NCBI GenBank assembly: GCA_964563645.1
Contig: CAZLXJ010000024.1
Coordinates: forward strand, 72,742 to 136,741
Source of the DNA: an uncultured Actinomycetota bacterium
GTDB taxonomy: Bacteria > Actinomycetota > Humimicrobiia > Humimicrobiales > Humimicrobiaceae
DNA length: 64,000 bases
Direction: 5' to 3'
Each line of letters starts with the position of its first letter. Position 1 is the stretch's first letter. The notes below the pieces were generated by a model. The model worked only from the letters and a program-made list of their open reading frames with translations. It was not told where the DNA came from and did not search any database. The translations under genes were made by a program, and so were the position numbers. This document shows, one piece after another, positions 18,308 to 27,794 of the stretch.

Positions 18308-20437
18308 GTGTCTGGTCTATTATTTTTCAGGATAATTCCATTTATAGGTTCGGCTATTTCCCTGATTCTTGCGATAATATTTGCCGTACTGGTATCAAAA
18401 AAGAGCAGGGGAACCGACAGGATGAAGGAAATATCAGATGCAATATTTGCAGGCAGCAGGGCATATTTAAATCAGCAGTTGAAAGTAATATCGATATTCT
18501 TTCTGGTGCTCGTAGCCCTTCTCGGCGTTATGGTATATTTTGGATATCTGGAATTTGCATCCATCCCTGCTTTTGCCACCGGTATGGGTTTCAGCCTGCT
18601 TATAGGCTATATCGGCATGTGGATATCCACTACAGCAAATTCAAGGGTTACATTCGCAGCACAAGAAAAAGGTCTGGGGGAGGCAATGAATATAGCCTTT
18701 ACCGCAGCAGCATCTTCCGGGCTTATGCTGGCAACAGTTGCACTTTTTGATACTGCTTTCTGGTTTAATACGCTCTTCTGGTGGTACGGACGTTACGGAT
18801 GGGACCAGGCAATGACCTTAAATTCTGTAGTTAATATACTGGTTACTTTTACAATCGGAGCTTCCTTTGCAGCATTCTTTATGAGAACAGGCGGAGGAAT
18901 ATATACAAAAGCAGCAGATATGGGCGCAGACTATGTAGGAAAGGTTGAGTCAGGGCTAAAAGAGGATGATTACAGGAACCCGGCAACAATAGCAGATAAT
19001 GTGGGCGATAACGTAGGTGATGTCGGAGGCATGAAGGCAGATGCTCTGGAATCATGGGTAGGAGCTATAATTGCAGCCGAATTTCTTGGTTTTCTTGCAT
19101 TTAAAGGTTCTTCACTTATGGTAAATTCCATTATACTCCCGATGGTAATAGCAACATCCGGGGCCATAGCATCAATAATTGCCATTTTTGTAATCAAGCT
19201 AATAGTATCGAGGTACAAGGAGAATGCCTCAGTATCCATGCTTACAGCTACAACGCTTTCGGGGCTCCTGATAACTGTGGCGTCGATAATGATTTTCTCA
19301 TTTTTTGTAGTAAGGCTTGTAATAGGTACGGACTATAACTTTCTGTTCTATTCTTCAATAGGAGGCCTTGCTGCAGGATTTTTAATAGGTATGTTTACAC
19401 TGCTTTATACCGATGCTAGATACAGGCCTACAAGGAATATATCGGAAAGCGCAAAATCAGGAGCAGCAACGTTTGTAGTAAATGGTCTAGCATACGGTAT
19501 GGAGTCCACAATACTCCCTGCACTTACTGTAATAATAGTGATGCTTTTCAGTTTTTATATCTCAGGCGGGTCAGGTGATTTCAAAATGGGCCTGTACGGC
19601 GTTGCCATGGCAGCGGTAGCAATGCTTTCAACTTCTCCCTTTGCCATAGCCATAGATGTCTATGGTCCAATAGCAGATAATGCCGGGGGAATATCAGAGA
19701 TGGCAGAACTTGATCCGAAAGTAAGAAAGACCACGGACAAGCTGGATTCTGTGGGTAACACAACTGCAGCAATAGGAAAAGGTCTGCTTATCGGAAGTGC
19801 AGCGATTACAGCTCTTGCACTCGGGCAGGCTTATTTTTCAAAGATAGAGATTCTTACAGCCGGCATAGTACTGGACTTCATGAAGGACCCCAGGATTCTT
19901 GCCGGATTATTTGTAGGAGTGGTCATGCCGTTTCTTTTTACCTCTTTTCTGGTCAGAGCAGTAGGAAGTGCTGCCAACCAGGTAGTCATAGAAGCCCGTA
20001 AGCAGATAAAAGGAATACTTGCAGGGAAAGAAAAGGGAGATCCAAAAGCATTTATTTCAATTGTCACCAGGTCTGCACAGAGAGGCATAATAGCCCCGGG
20101 AATACTTATTTTCATAATACCGGTTGTAACTGGAATAATACTGGGGCCCGGTGGAGTAATAGCCCTTATAATAGGTACCCTGCTTTCCGGTTTTACACAG
20201 GCTATTTTTATGGCAAATTCAGGGGGTGCAATGGACAATGCCAAGAAAAAAATAGAAGAAGAAGGCAGGTCCGGAACAGACGAGCATTCAGCAAGCGTGG
20301 TAGGAGATACTGTGGGCGACCCGCTGAAGGATACTGCAGGGCCGTCAATGAATATTCTTATAAAGCTTGTTTCTGTTGTGTCGATAGAGACTGCAGTCCT
20401 TGTTGCCGATCTATCCGGGAAATTATTTCATTTTTAA
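18308..20437 (+). CDS. hppA: Membrane-integral ion-pumping pyrophosphatase, K+-dependent type
   Basis: Multi-TM protein with GGIYTKAADMGADYVGKVE, DNVGDNVGD and DTVGDPLKDT. GNTTAAIGKG carries the Ala-type (K+-dependent) signature. GTG start follows GGGAGG. Confidence 0.93.
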   Translation: MSGLLFFRIIPFIGSAISLILAIIFAVLVSKKSRGTDRMKEISDAIFAGSRAYLNQQLKVISIFFLVLVALLGVMVYFGYLEFASIPAFATGMGFSLLIGYIGMWISTTANSRVTFAAQEKGLGEAMNIAFTAAASSGLMLATVALFDTAFWFNTLFWWYGRYGWDQAMTLNSVVNILVTFTIGASFAAFFMRTGGGIYTKAADMGADYVGKVESGLKEDDYRNPATIADNVGDNVGDVGGMKADALESWVGAIIAAEFLGFLAFKGSSLMVNSIILPMVIATSGAIASIIAIFVIKLIVSRYKENASVSMLTATTLSGLLITVASIMIFSFFVVRLVIGTDYNFLFYSSIGGLAAGFLIGMFTLLYTDARYRPTRNISESAKSGAATFVVNGLAYGMESTILPALTVIIVMLFSFYISGGSGDFKMGLYGVAMAAVAMLSTSPFAIAIDVYGPIADNAGGISEMAELDPKVRKTTDKLDSVGNTTAAIGKGLLIGSAAITALALGQAYFSKIEILTAGIVLDFMKDPRILAGLFVGVVMPFLFTSFLVRAVGSAANQVVIEARKQIKGILAGKEKGDPKAFISIVTRSAQRGIIAPGILIFIIPVVTGIILGPGGVIALIIGTLLSGFTQAIFMANSGGAMDNAKKKIEEEGRSGTDEHSASVVGDTVGDPLKDTAGPSMNILIKLVSVVSIETAVLVADLSGKLFHF

Positions 20438-20464
20438 TATATAATTAAAATTTAATAAAAAAAT

Positions 20465-20499
20465 AATTATGCATGCATACAGTTTATGCATGCATAATT
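20465..20499. repeat. 35-nt perfect inverted repeat made of two copies of the self-palindromic 12-mer TATGCATGCATA
   Basis: AATTATGCATGCATA-cagtt-TATGCATGCATAATT. It lies between the hppA stop (20437) and the probable larB ATG (20515). Confidence 0.9.
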
Positions 20500-20514
20500 G
20501 TTAGAAGCATTTTT

Positions 20515-21279
20515 ATGGAAAATAATATTAATAATATTATTAAAGGGTTTTTAAAAAACTACAGGGAAAACAGGTTTTCAGAAGAAGATTTTCTCGAAAA
20601 GATAAAAGATCTGTACTTTGAAGACATCGGGTTTGCGAAAGTGGACCATCACAGGCTTTTACGCAGGGATTTCCCGGAAGTAATATATGGTTCCAATAAA
20701 ACACCCGGACAGATTATTGAAATATCAAAAAAAATACTGAAATTTTCAAAGATCCTTCTGGTAACCAAAACCAGCGAAAAGGTATTCAGACTGGTCAGAA
20801 AAAAACTTGAGCCAGTGGAGCTAAAATATTCTTCAGGAGTAATATATACTCCTCTGGAAATCCCGGAGAAAGAACTTAAGGATGGAATAACCGTTATATG
20901 TGCCGGCACATCAGATATAGATATTGCCGAGGAAGCAGCCATTACAGCAAATCTTATGGGGAACCGGGTGAACAGAATATATGACATTGGAGTTGCAGGC
21001 ATACACAGACTATTGAGCCAGAAGGAAAGATTAAAGAATTCAAATGTAATTATCGCAGCAGCAGGAATGGAAGGCGCATTACCGGGAGTAGTTAGTGCCA
21101 TGGTGAATTGTCCTGTAATAGGAGTTCCCACGAGTGTTGGGTATGGAGCAAATCTTGGAGGGGTGTCAGCCCTTCTAACGATGCTGAACTCATGCAGTCC
21201 GGGACTAACTGTTGTAAATATAGACAATGGATTCGGCGCAGGATATACGGCAGGAATAATAAACAGGAATAGAAAATAA
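20515..21279 (+). CDS. larB: LarB-type pyridinium-3,5-biscarboxylic acid mononucleotide synthase (PurE-like)
   Basis: DHHRLLRRDFPEVIYG, VICAGTSDIDIAEEA, VGVAGIHRLL-like, AAGMEGALPGVV. The ORF-track start at 20473 lies inside the palindrome and is unlikely. Confidence 0.8.
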   Translation: MENNINNIIKGFLKNYRENRFSEEDFLEKIKDLYFEDIGFAKVDHHRLLRRDFPEVIYGSNKTPGQIIEISKKILKFSKILLVTKTSEKVFRLVRKKLEPVELKYSSGVIYTPLEIPEKELKDGITVICAGTSDIDIAEEAAITANLMGNRVNRIYDIGVAGIHRLLSQKERLKNSNVIIAAAGMEGALPGVVSAMVNCPVIGVPTSVGYGANLGGVSALLTMLNSCSPGLTVVNIDNGFGAGYTAGIINRNRK

Positions 21280-21288
21280 TATTAAAAG

Positions 21289-21325
21289 GGTTTTCCTAAA
21301 AATATAGAAAACAGGAACCTTTTTT
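21289..21325 (+). terminator. Probable intrinsic terminator after larB
   Basis: GGTT(tt)CCT ... AGGAACC stem (7 bp, 2-nt bulge) followed by TTTTTT. Confidence 0.4.
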
Positions 21326-21442
21326 GATTATTGTTCCTTACAAATGAAATATTAGACAATATATATTATAATAAAGGAAAATAATTATAAATAATTATTT
21401 ATTTACAATATTTAATATTTTTATTAAGACGCCTGGTGCTTT

Positions 21443-23125
21443 ATGGTTGAAATAGATTTAAGAACCCAGAGAATTGGCGATATTCTTGTAAATAAAAAAC
21501 TCATCACCGGAAAACAGCTTGATGAGACCCTGATGATACAGAAGGAAACTGGCAAGAAATTTGGAGAGATACTCGTCAGCAAAGGCTTTATAAATGAGCA
21601 GACTCTTGTTGATCTCATATCATTCCAGAGGGGATATGATACCGTCGATCTCAGCAGGATACAGGATAGCATAGACCAGTCTGTTGCCAACCTTATATCA
21701 AAAGATTTTGCTTTTAAAAGAAAAGTATTTCCATTTAAACTTTTAGACAGTACCCTTCATGTAGCCATGACGGATCCGAGGGATATAAATGCGATCGACG
21801 AGATACGGCTTCTTACCGGATATAACGTAAAACCATTTATAACCACCCGCAAAGATATAGACGATATAATCAAGCTGTATACTTCTGACGATTACAGCCT
21901 CAAAGAAGTCCAGGAGATCATGAAGGATGCTGACCTGACCATATCTGAAAAATATGAAGAGGATGTAGTCGAGAAGAATCCCCTGGTAAAACTGGCCAAC
22001 CAGATTATCCTGAAGGCAATATCCTTAAGAGCCAGCGATGTCCATATAGAACCACAGGAAAAAAACTGTAGAATAAGGTTCAGAGTGGACGGGGTTCTTC
22101 AAAAGATAAAGGATGTCCCGAAAACCGTACAACGGCTTCTTATATCCCGTTATAAAATAATGGGAGGGCTGGACATCACCGAGAACAGGCTCCCGCAGGA
22201 CGGAAGGGGTTCAATAAATTTTCAAAACAGGATAATTGACCTGAGATTTGCGTCAATACCTTCAGTTTTCGGGGAGAATATAACAATTAGGATACTGGAC
22301 AGGGATGAAAGTGTGTTTAACCTGAAAAAAAGCGGGATGCTTCCTGAAGATCTTAAAAAATACAGTAAAATGATATTAATCCCCCACGGTTCGGTAATAA
22401 TTACCGGACCTACAGGGTCTGGCAAGACCACTACTCTTTATGCAAGCCTAAACCAGATAGCCAATATAGAAAAAAAGATTTTTACAATAGAGGATCCGGT
22501 TGAATACAGATTTCCTAATATAATACAGGTTCAGGTCAATCCAAAAATAAATATGGATTTTTCCAGAGGCCTGCGCGCTATGTTAAGGAGTGACCCTGAC
22601 ATAATAATGGTCGGTGAGATAAGAGACCTGGAAACGGCAAAAATATCAATGGAAGCATCCATAACAGGTCATCTCGTATTGACGACCTTACATACAAATG
22701 ATGCTCCGTCAAGTTTGACAAGATTGCTGGAGATGGGTATTGAATCATATATGATATCTTCTGCAGTAAAATGTATTGTCGCCCAGAGGCTTGTGAGGAG
22801 GTTGTGTGATAACTGCAAAAAGGAAGTGGATATATCCGATATACCCCTTGAAAAAGATATTGAGCCCATACTCAGTGGCAAAAGGATATATGAAAGTGCC
22901 GGCTGTAGCAGATGCAATAATACAGGTTATTACGGAAGAGTGGGTGTATATTCAATCCTGCTTGTTTCAAAAAGGATAAGGGAGATGCTTCTTGAGCGTA
23001 GAAGTACTGATTCTATAGAAGAAGCTGCAAGAGAAGAAGGAATGAATACCCTGCTGGAAGCAGCTGCTAAAAAAGTTGCAGAGGGTGTTACCTCCCTCGA
23101 TGAAATGTACAGGGTAGTTCTATAA
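21443..23125 (+). CDS. PilB/GspE-family secretion/type IV pilus assembly ATPase with an N-terminal MshEN-type domain
   Basis: Walker A GPTGSGKTTT, IIMVGEIRD, TGHLVLTTLHTN, and tetra-Cys CDNC...CSRC. The N-terminus carries two 24-residue RxGxxLV...Q repeats. Confidence 0.85.
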   Translation: MVEIDLRTQRIGDILVNKKLITGKQLDETLMIQKETGKKFGEILVSKGFINEQTLVDLISFQRGYDTVDLSRIQDSIDQSVANLISKDFAFKRKVFPFKLLDSTLHVAMTDPRDINAIDEIRLLTGYNVKPFITTRKDIDDIIKLYTSDDYSLKEVQEIMKDADLTISEKYEEDVVEKNPLVKLANQIILKAISLRASDVHIEPQEKNCRIRFRVDGVLQKIKDVPKTVQRLLISRYKIMGGLDITENRLPQDGRGSINFQNRIIDLRFASIPSVFGENITIRILDRDESVFNLKKSGMLPEDLKKYSKMILIPHGSVIITGPTGSGKTTTLYASLNQIANIEKKIFTIEDPVEYRFPNIIQVQVNPKINMDFSRGLRAMLRSDPDIIMVGEIRDLETAKISMEASITGHLVLTTLHTNDAPSSLTRLLEMGIESYMISSAVKCIVAQRLVRRLCDNCKKEVDISDIPLEKDIEPILSGKRIYESAGCSRCNNTGYYGRVGVYSILLVSKRIREMLLERRSTDSIEEAAREEGMNTLLEAAAKKVAEGVTSLDEMYRVVL

Positions 23126-23175
23126 CATTTATATTTATAAATTGATAATATTTTCAGGACGGACTGCGTAATTAT

Positions 23176-26100
23176 ATGGCTATAGACAATTTTGTGCACC
23201 TCCATGTCCACAGCGAATATTCACTGCTTGATGGAGCTGTAAGGATAAAAAACCTGGTTGAGAAGGCGAAGAACCTGGGTATGCCGGCAGTAGCCCTTAC
23301 AGACCACGGAGTAATGTACGGGGTGATAGAATTTTACCGCACAGCAAAGGCGGCAGGGATAAAACCTATAATAGGATGTGAAGCATACATGGCCCCCGGC
23401 AGCCGTTTTGACAGGCAATCAACCAGAGGGAAAAGAGAGGATACACCCTACCACCTTACATTGCTGGCAGAAAACAATAGGGGATACCAAAATCTTATGA
23501 AGCTTACAAGCTATGGCTTTCTGGAGGGCTTTTATTACAAGCCCAGGATAGATAAGGAACTTCTGAGAAAATACAGTGACGGTATTATTGCACTGAGCGG
23601 TTGCATTGCAGGGGAAATACCCAGAAACATAATTGCGGGAAGGATCGATCTGGCTGAAAAGGCTGTAATAGATTTTAAAGACATTTTTGGGGAGAAAAAT
23701 TTTTATCTTGAACTCCAGGATTCAGGTTTACCTGAACAGAAAATTGCAAATGAAAAAATATTAGAATTCTCAAAAAAATACTCTATCCCGCTGGTAGCCA
23801 CAAATGACGTGCATTATCTTGAAAAAGATGATAACCGTTTCCATGATGTTCTGCTATGTATTCAGACAGGGTCTACAATAAACGAGAAAGAACGTTTGAA
23901 ATTTTCGACGGACCAGTTTTATTTCAAAGATCAGGCAGAGATGGCGGAGCTTTTTTCGGGGCAGGTGCAGGCATTAAAAAATACCCTTGAAATAGCGGAA
24001 AGATGCAACACCGAGTTAAAATTCGGGATGGATCTGATTCCTGCTTTTGTAACTCCTGACAGTACTTCCCCGGGTGATTATCTGGAAAAATTGTGCATGG
24101 ACGGAGCAATGGCAAAATACGGCAGCATATCCACAGAAGTAGATTCCAGGCTTAAAAAGGAACTGTCAGTAATAAAAAAGATGGGATTTGCCCAGTATTT
24201 TCTAATAGTCTGGGATTTTGTCAGGTTCGCCAAACAAAATAGCATAAGAGTGGGACCGGGGAGAGGTTCCGCAGCAGGAAGCATAGTATCTTATTGTCTT
24301 GACATAACAGATATTGATCCATTAAAACACGGACTTCTATTTGAACGTTTTCTGAATGAAGAGAGAAGGAGCATGCCTGATATTGATATTGATTTTTGTT
24401 ATGAAAAGAGGAGCCAGGTTATAAAATATGTTACAGAGAAATACGGTGAAAGAAGAGTTGCCCAGCTTATTACATTTGGAACTATGGCTGCAAGACAGGC
24501 GATAAGGGATGCCGGAAGGGTCATGGAGGTCCCGTATGCTGAAGTTGACAGGGTAGCAAAAATGATACCTATGGAATTGAATGTAACAATTAAAAGTTCA
24601 CTTGATATGGCAGCCGGTCTAAGAGAGGTATATGAAAACGACTCTAAAATAAAGGACGTGATAGATACTGCAATATCACTGGAGGGCATGGTCAGGCAGG
24701 ATTCAGTTCATGCAGCAGGGGTGGTAATATCTACTGAAGACCTCTATAACTATACTCCCATACAAAAAGAAGGGGAGGGTGATATAGTCACCCAGTACAA
24801 GATGGAGGATATACAGGAAATAGGACTGTTGAAGATGGATTTTCTCGGGCTGAAAACGCTTTCCCTGATAGATAAAAGCCTGTTTCTGATAAAGAAGGCA
24901 AAGAATATTGATATTGATGTGAATGCATTAAGCCTTGACGATGAAAAAACATATAAGATGCTGTCGGAGGGAGACTGCCTGGGGGTTTTTCAGCTTGAAA
25001 GCTCGGGCATGAGGGAGCTGATAGTCAACTTAAATCCTTCAAAATTCGAGGATCTGGTTGCCCTACTCGCGCTGTACAGACCGGGTCCGCTACAGAGCGG
25101 TATGGTTAATGATTTTGTTGAAAGTAAAAATGGCAGGAAAGAAATAAGTTATCACCACCCGAGTCTTGAGCCCATACTGAAGGATACTTATGGAATAATA
25201 CTTTACCAGGAGCAGGTTATGGGGATCGCTTCGGAACTTGCCGGGTTTTCAATGTCCGAAGCAGATATTCTAAGGGGAGCCATAAGTAAGAAAAAAAGAA
25301 AACTTCTTGAAAAACAGAGACAGAAATTTATAGATGGAGCAAGAATAAGGGGAATAGACGGGGATATTGCAGAGAAAATCTTCCAGCTGGTAAAACACTT
25401 TGCCGAATACGGATTTAATAAATCCCACAGTGCCGCATATGCCATGATATCTTATCAGACAGCATACCTTAAAGCAAATTATCCGGTAGAATTTATGGCT
25501 GCTCTTCTAAGCATAAGGATGAACAGTCAGGAAAAAGTCGCCCAATATGTGCATGAGACCAGAAGGATGGGCATAACTGTCCTGCCGCCGGATATAAATG
25601 AAAGTTTTTCAGATTTTACAGTGGTAAGTAATTCTATACGTTTTGGACTTTCTGCAATAAAAAATGTAGGCGGCAATGTAATAGAAAATATTGAAATTGA
25701 AAGGAAAAAAGGCGGAAAATTTAAGGATTTTATAGACTTTTGCCAGAGGGTGGAGACTTTTGTGCTTAACAGGAAGACTCTGGAAAGCCTTATAAAAAGT
25801 GGTACATTTGATTCCCTGGGCCAGAGCAGGATGTTTCTTTTTGAAAATTTTGAAAAAATAACCGGAGAGGTACTTAAAATAAAAAAGGACAGGGACAGGG
25901 GCCAATTCTCCCTTTTTGACACCGGGGGGACAACGCAGGGAAAGTTGCTGTTTGATGGAATTATAAAAGACGGCAGCAATAAGGATGAATACCCACAGAA
26001 GAAATTGTTAAATTTTGAAAAAGAGATGCTCGGATTGTACATATCGGGGCATCCTTTGCTAGAATATGAAAAAGCACTGTCAGGGCTCGACAGCATAATA

Positions 26101-26703
26101 AATGCTGCATCTTACAATGACAGGTCCAATGTAAGCATAGGGGGGATAATAACAGGAATAAAGACAATATATACAAAGAAGGACCAGCAGATGTGTTTTG
26201 TAGATTTTGAAGATATTGAGGGCAGTGTAGAAGTAATAGTATTCCCGAACGTACTTGAAAAATGCAGGGATTCTATTGCTGTAGACAGAATTGTAAATAT
26301 AAAGGGTAAGCTTGACAAAAAAGAGGATCAGATAAAAATCATTTCAAACGAAATAATAGAACTTGAAAAGGACAGGGAAGATAATGGAAGAAAAAGAGCG
26401 GATAATGAAGGTGAAGAAAAAATAGTTTTTTCCATAAATAAAAAATATCTGGACAGGAATACAATCAATGATCTTTACGGGCTTATGAAAAAAAATCCGG
26501 GAAGGGATATGGTACAATTCAGGATAATATCTGAAAATGATGATAAATATGAAGAGAAGTATGATCTGTCCCCAGCCTTCAGGGTCAATGGAAAAGGCAA
26601 TTTTCTAAAAGATGTTGAAAAAAACTTTGAAGGTAAGATCAAATGGTTTAAAAAAGATAGGGGTAAAAATTCAACCTATGAGTACAGGGAGGACACCAGA
26701 TGA
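23176..26703 (+). CDS. dnaE: DNA polymerase III alpha subunit
   Basis: PHP domain FVHLHVHSEYSLLDG, DIDIDF, GFNKSHSAAYA, and a C-terminal OB region. 1175 aa. Confidence 0.95.
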   Translation: MAIDNFVHLHVHSEYSLLDGAVRIKNLVEKAKNLGMPAVALTDHGVMYGVIEFYRTAKAAGIKPIIGCEAYMAPGSRFDRQSTRGKREDTPYHLTLLAENNRGYQNLMKLTSYGFLEGFYYKPRIDKELLRKYSDGIIALSGCIAGEIPRNIIAGRIDLAEKAVIDFKDIFGEKNFYLELQDSGLPEQKIANEKILEFSKKYSIPLVATNDVHYLEKDDNRFHDVLLCIQTGSTINEKERLKFSTDQFYFKDQAEMAELFSGQVQALKNTLEIAERCNTELKFGMDLIPAFVTPDSTSPGDYLEKLCMDGAMAKYGSISTEVDSRLKKELSVIKKMGFAQYFLIVWDFVRFAKQNSIRVGPGRGSAAGSIVSYCLDITDIDPLKHGLLFERFLNEERRSMPDIDIDFCYEKRSQVIKYVTEKYGERRVAQLITFGTMAARQAIRDAGRVMEVPYAEVDRVAKMIPMELNVTIKSSLDMAAGLREVYENDSKIKDVIDTAISLEGMVRQDSVHAAGVVISTEDLYNYTPIQKEGEGDIVTQYKMEDIQEIGLLKMDFLGLKTLSLIDKSLFLIKKAKNIDIDVNALSLDDEKTYKMLSEGDCLGVFQLESSGMRELIVNLNPSKFEDLVALLALYRPGPLQSGMVNDFVESKNGRKEISYHHPSLEPILKDTYGIILYQEQVMGIASELAGFSMSEADILRGAISKKKRKLLEKQRQKFIDGARIRGIDGDIAEKIFQLVKHFAEYGFNKSHSAAYAMISYQTAYLKANYPVEFMAALLSIRMNSQEKVAQYVHETRRMGITVLPPDINESFSDFTVVSNSIRFGLSAIKNVGGNVIENIEIERKKGGKFKDFIDFCQRVETFVLNRKTLESLIKSGTFDSLGQSRMFLFENFEKITGEVLKIKKDRDRGQFSLFDTGGTTQGKLLFDGIIKDGSNKDEYPQKKLLNFEKEMLGLYISGHPLLEYEKALSGLDSIINAASYNDRSNVSIGGIITGIKTIYTKKDQQMCFVDFEDIEGSVEVIVFPNVLEKCRDSIAVDRIVNIKGKLDKKEDQIKIISNEIIELEKDREDNGRKRADNEGEEKIVFSINKKYLDRNTINDLYGLMKKNPGRDMVQFRIISENDDKYEEKYDLSPAFRVNGKGNFLKDVEKNFEGKIKWFKKDRGKNSTYEYREDTR

Positions 26704-27794
26704 GGGATTTAAAATTTGCAGTTCTGGGAGCAGGCCATGGGGGAAAGGCGCTGGCCGCACATCTTGCGATAAAGGGATTTTCAGTTAGCCTGTACAACCG
26801 GACGCTTTCCAGGATAAAACCTATTATCAAAATGAAGGGAATAGAGCTTGAAGGTGAAGTTAAAGGTTTTGGAAGGTTAGACATTATTACTGATGATATA
26901 AAAAAAGCGGTGGACGGAGCAGATGTAATAATGGTTGTCGTTCCTGCAAACGGCCACAGGCCGATAGCAGAAAAATGTGCTCCCTTCCTGAAAGACGGTC
27001 AGATAGTAGTACTAAATCCGGGCAGGACCTGTGGAGCGATAGAATTTTTGCAGGTTTTGCGCGATAATGGAAACGGAAGAGATATAGTAGTTGCGGAGGC
27101 GCAGACTTTTATTTATGCCAGCAGAGGCATGGGTCCGGCAACAGCAAGGATATTCAGGATAAAGCAGGCGATACCGGTCGCATCGATACCTTCTGAAAAA
27201 ACTGGCGAGGTGGTTCAGAAACTAAACCAGGCTTTCCCGGAGTTTATAGAAGCTTCGGATGTCCTGGAGACCAGCTTTAATAACATGGGTGCTGTTTTCC
27301 ACCCTTCCATTACCATATTGAATGCATCAAGGATAGAATCCACACTGGGTAATTTTCAATTTTACATAGAAGGTGTTACACAGTCGGTGGCAAGGATACT
27401 GGAAACCGTAGACCAGGAAAGGGTCAATATTGCAGAAGCCCTGAAATGCGAAAACATATACAGTGCCATAGACTGGCTTTCAATGGCCTATAATGTCGTA
27501 GAAGACAGTTTATTTGATGCTATACACAGCAATCCGGGATATGTTGGCATAATGGCGCCGCGTACAACAAATGTAAGATATATAACAGAAGATGTGCCGA
27601 TGAGCCTTGTTCCAATATCTGAATTTGGTAGATTTACAGGTGTAGAAACTCCTGTTATCGATTCACTTATACATATAGCCGATTCGATATTCAAAAAAGA
27701 CTTCAGGAAGGAAGGAAGGAACTTTGCGAGACTGGGGATGGAAGATATGAAAATAGAAGAAATCAGGAAATTATTGATTAATGGAAAGAGGTAG
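26700..27794 (+). CDS. NAD(P)-dependent octopine/nopaline (opine) dehydrogenase family protein
   Basis: Rossmann KFAVLGAGHGGKALA. The helical domain segment is AVFHPSITILNASRIES...FQFYIEGVTQSVARILETVDQERVNIAEAL. ATGA overlap with the dnaE stop. Confidence 0.7.
   Translation: MRDLKFAVLGAGHGGKALAAHLAIKGFSVSLYNRTLSRIKPIIKMKGIELEGEVKGFGRLDIITDDIKKAVDGADVIMVVVPANGHRPIAEKCAPFLKDGQIVVLNPGRTCGAIEFLQVLRDNGNGRDIVVAEAQTFIYASRGMGPATARIFRIKQAIPVASIPSEKTGEVVQKLNQAFPEFIEASDVLETSFNNMGAVFHPSITILNASRIESTLGNFQFYIEGVTQSVARILETVDQERVNIAEALKCENIYSAIDWLSMAYNVVEDSLFDAIHSNPGYVGIMAPRTTNVRYITEDVPMSLVPISEFGRFTGVETPVIDSLIHIADSIFKKDFRKEGRNFARLGMEDMKIEEIRKLLINGKR

Noticed and set aside
18280-18750. 156-aa + strand ORF overlapping the start of hppA in another frame.
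   Set aside because: The pyrophosphatase frame carries all the conserved motifs and a GGGAGG-GTG start. The alternative frame is Arg/Cys/Ile-rich with no recognisable features.
20473-20514. N-terminal ORF-track extensions: larB from 20473, the GltB-like gene up to 38825, rpsA from 41799 and rapZ from 51023.
   Set aside because: The extensions encode non-conserved hydrophobic or odd peptides. In the larB case the extension starts inside the palindrome. Internal ATGs with better Shine-Dalgarno context coincide with where the conserved families begin.
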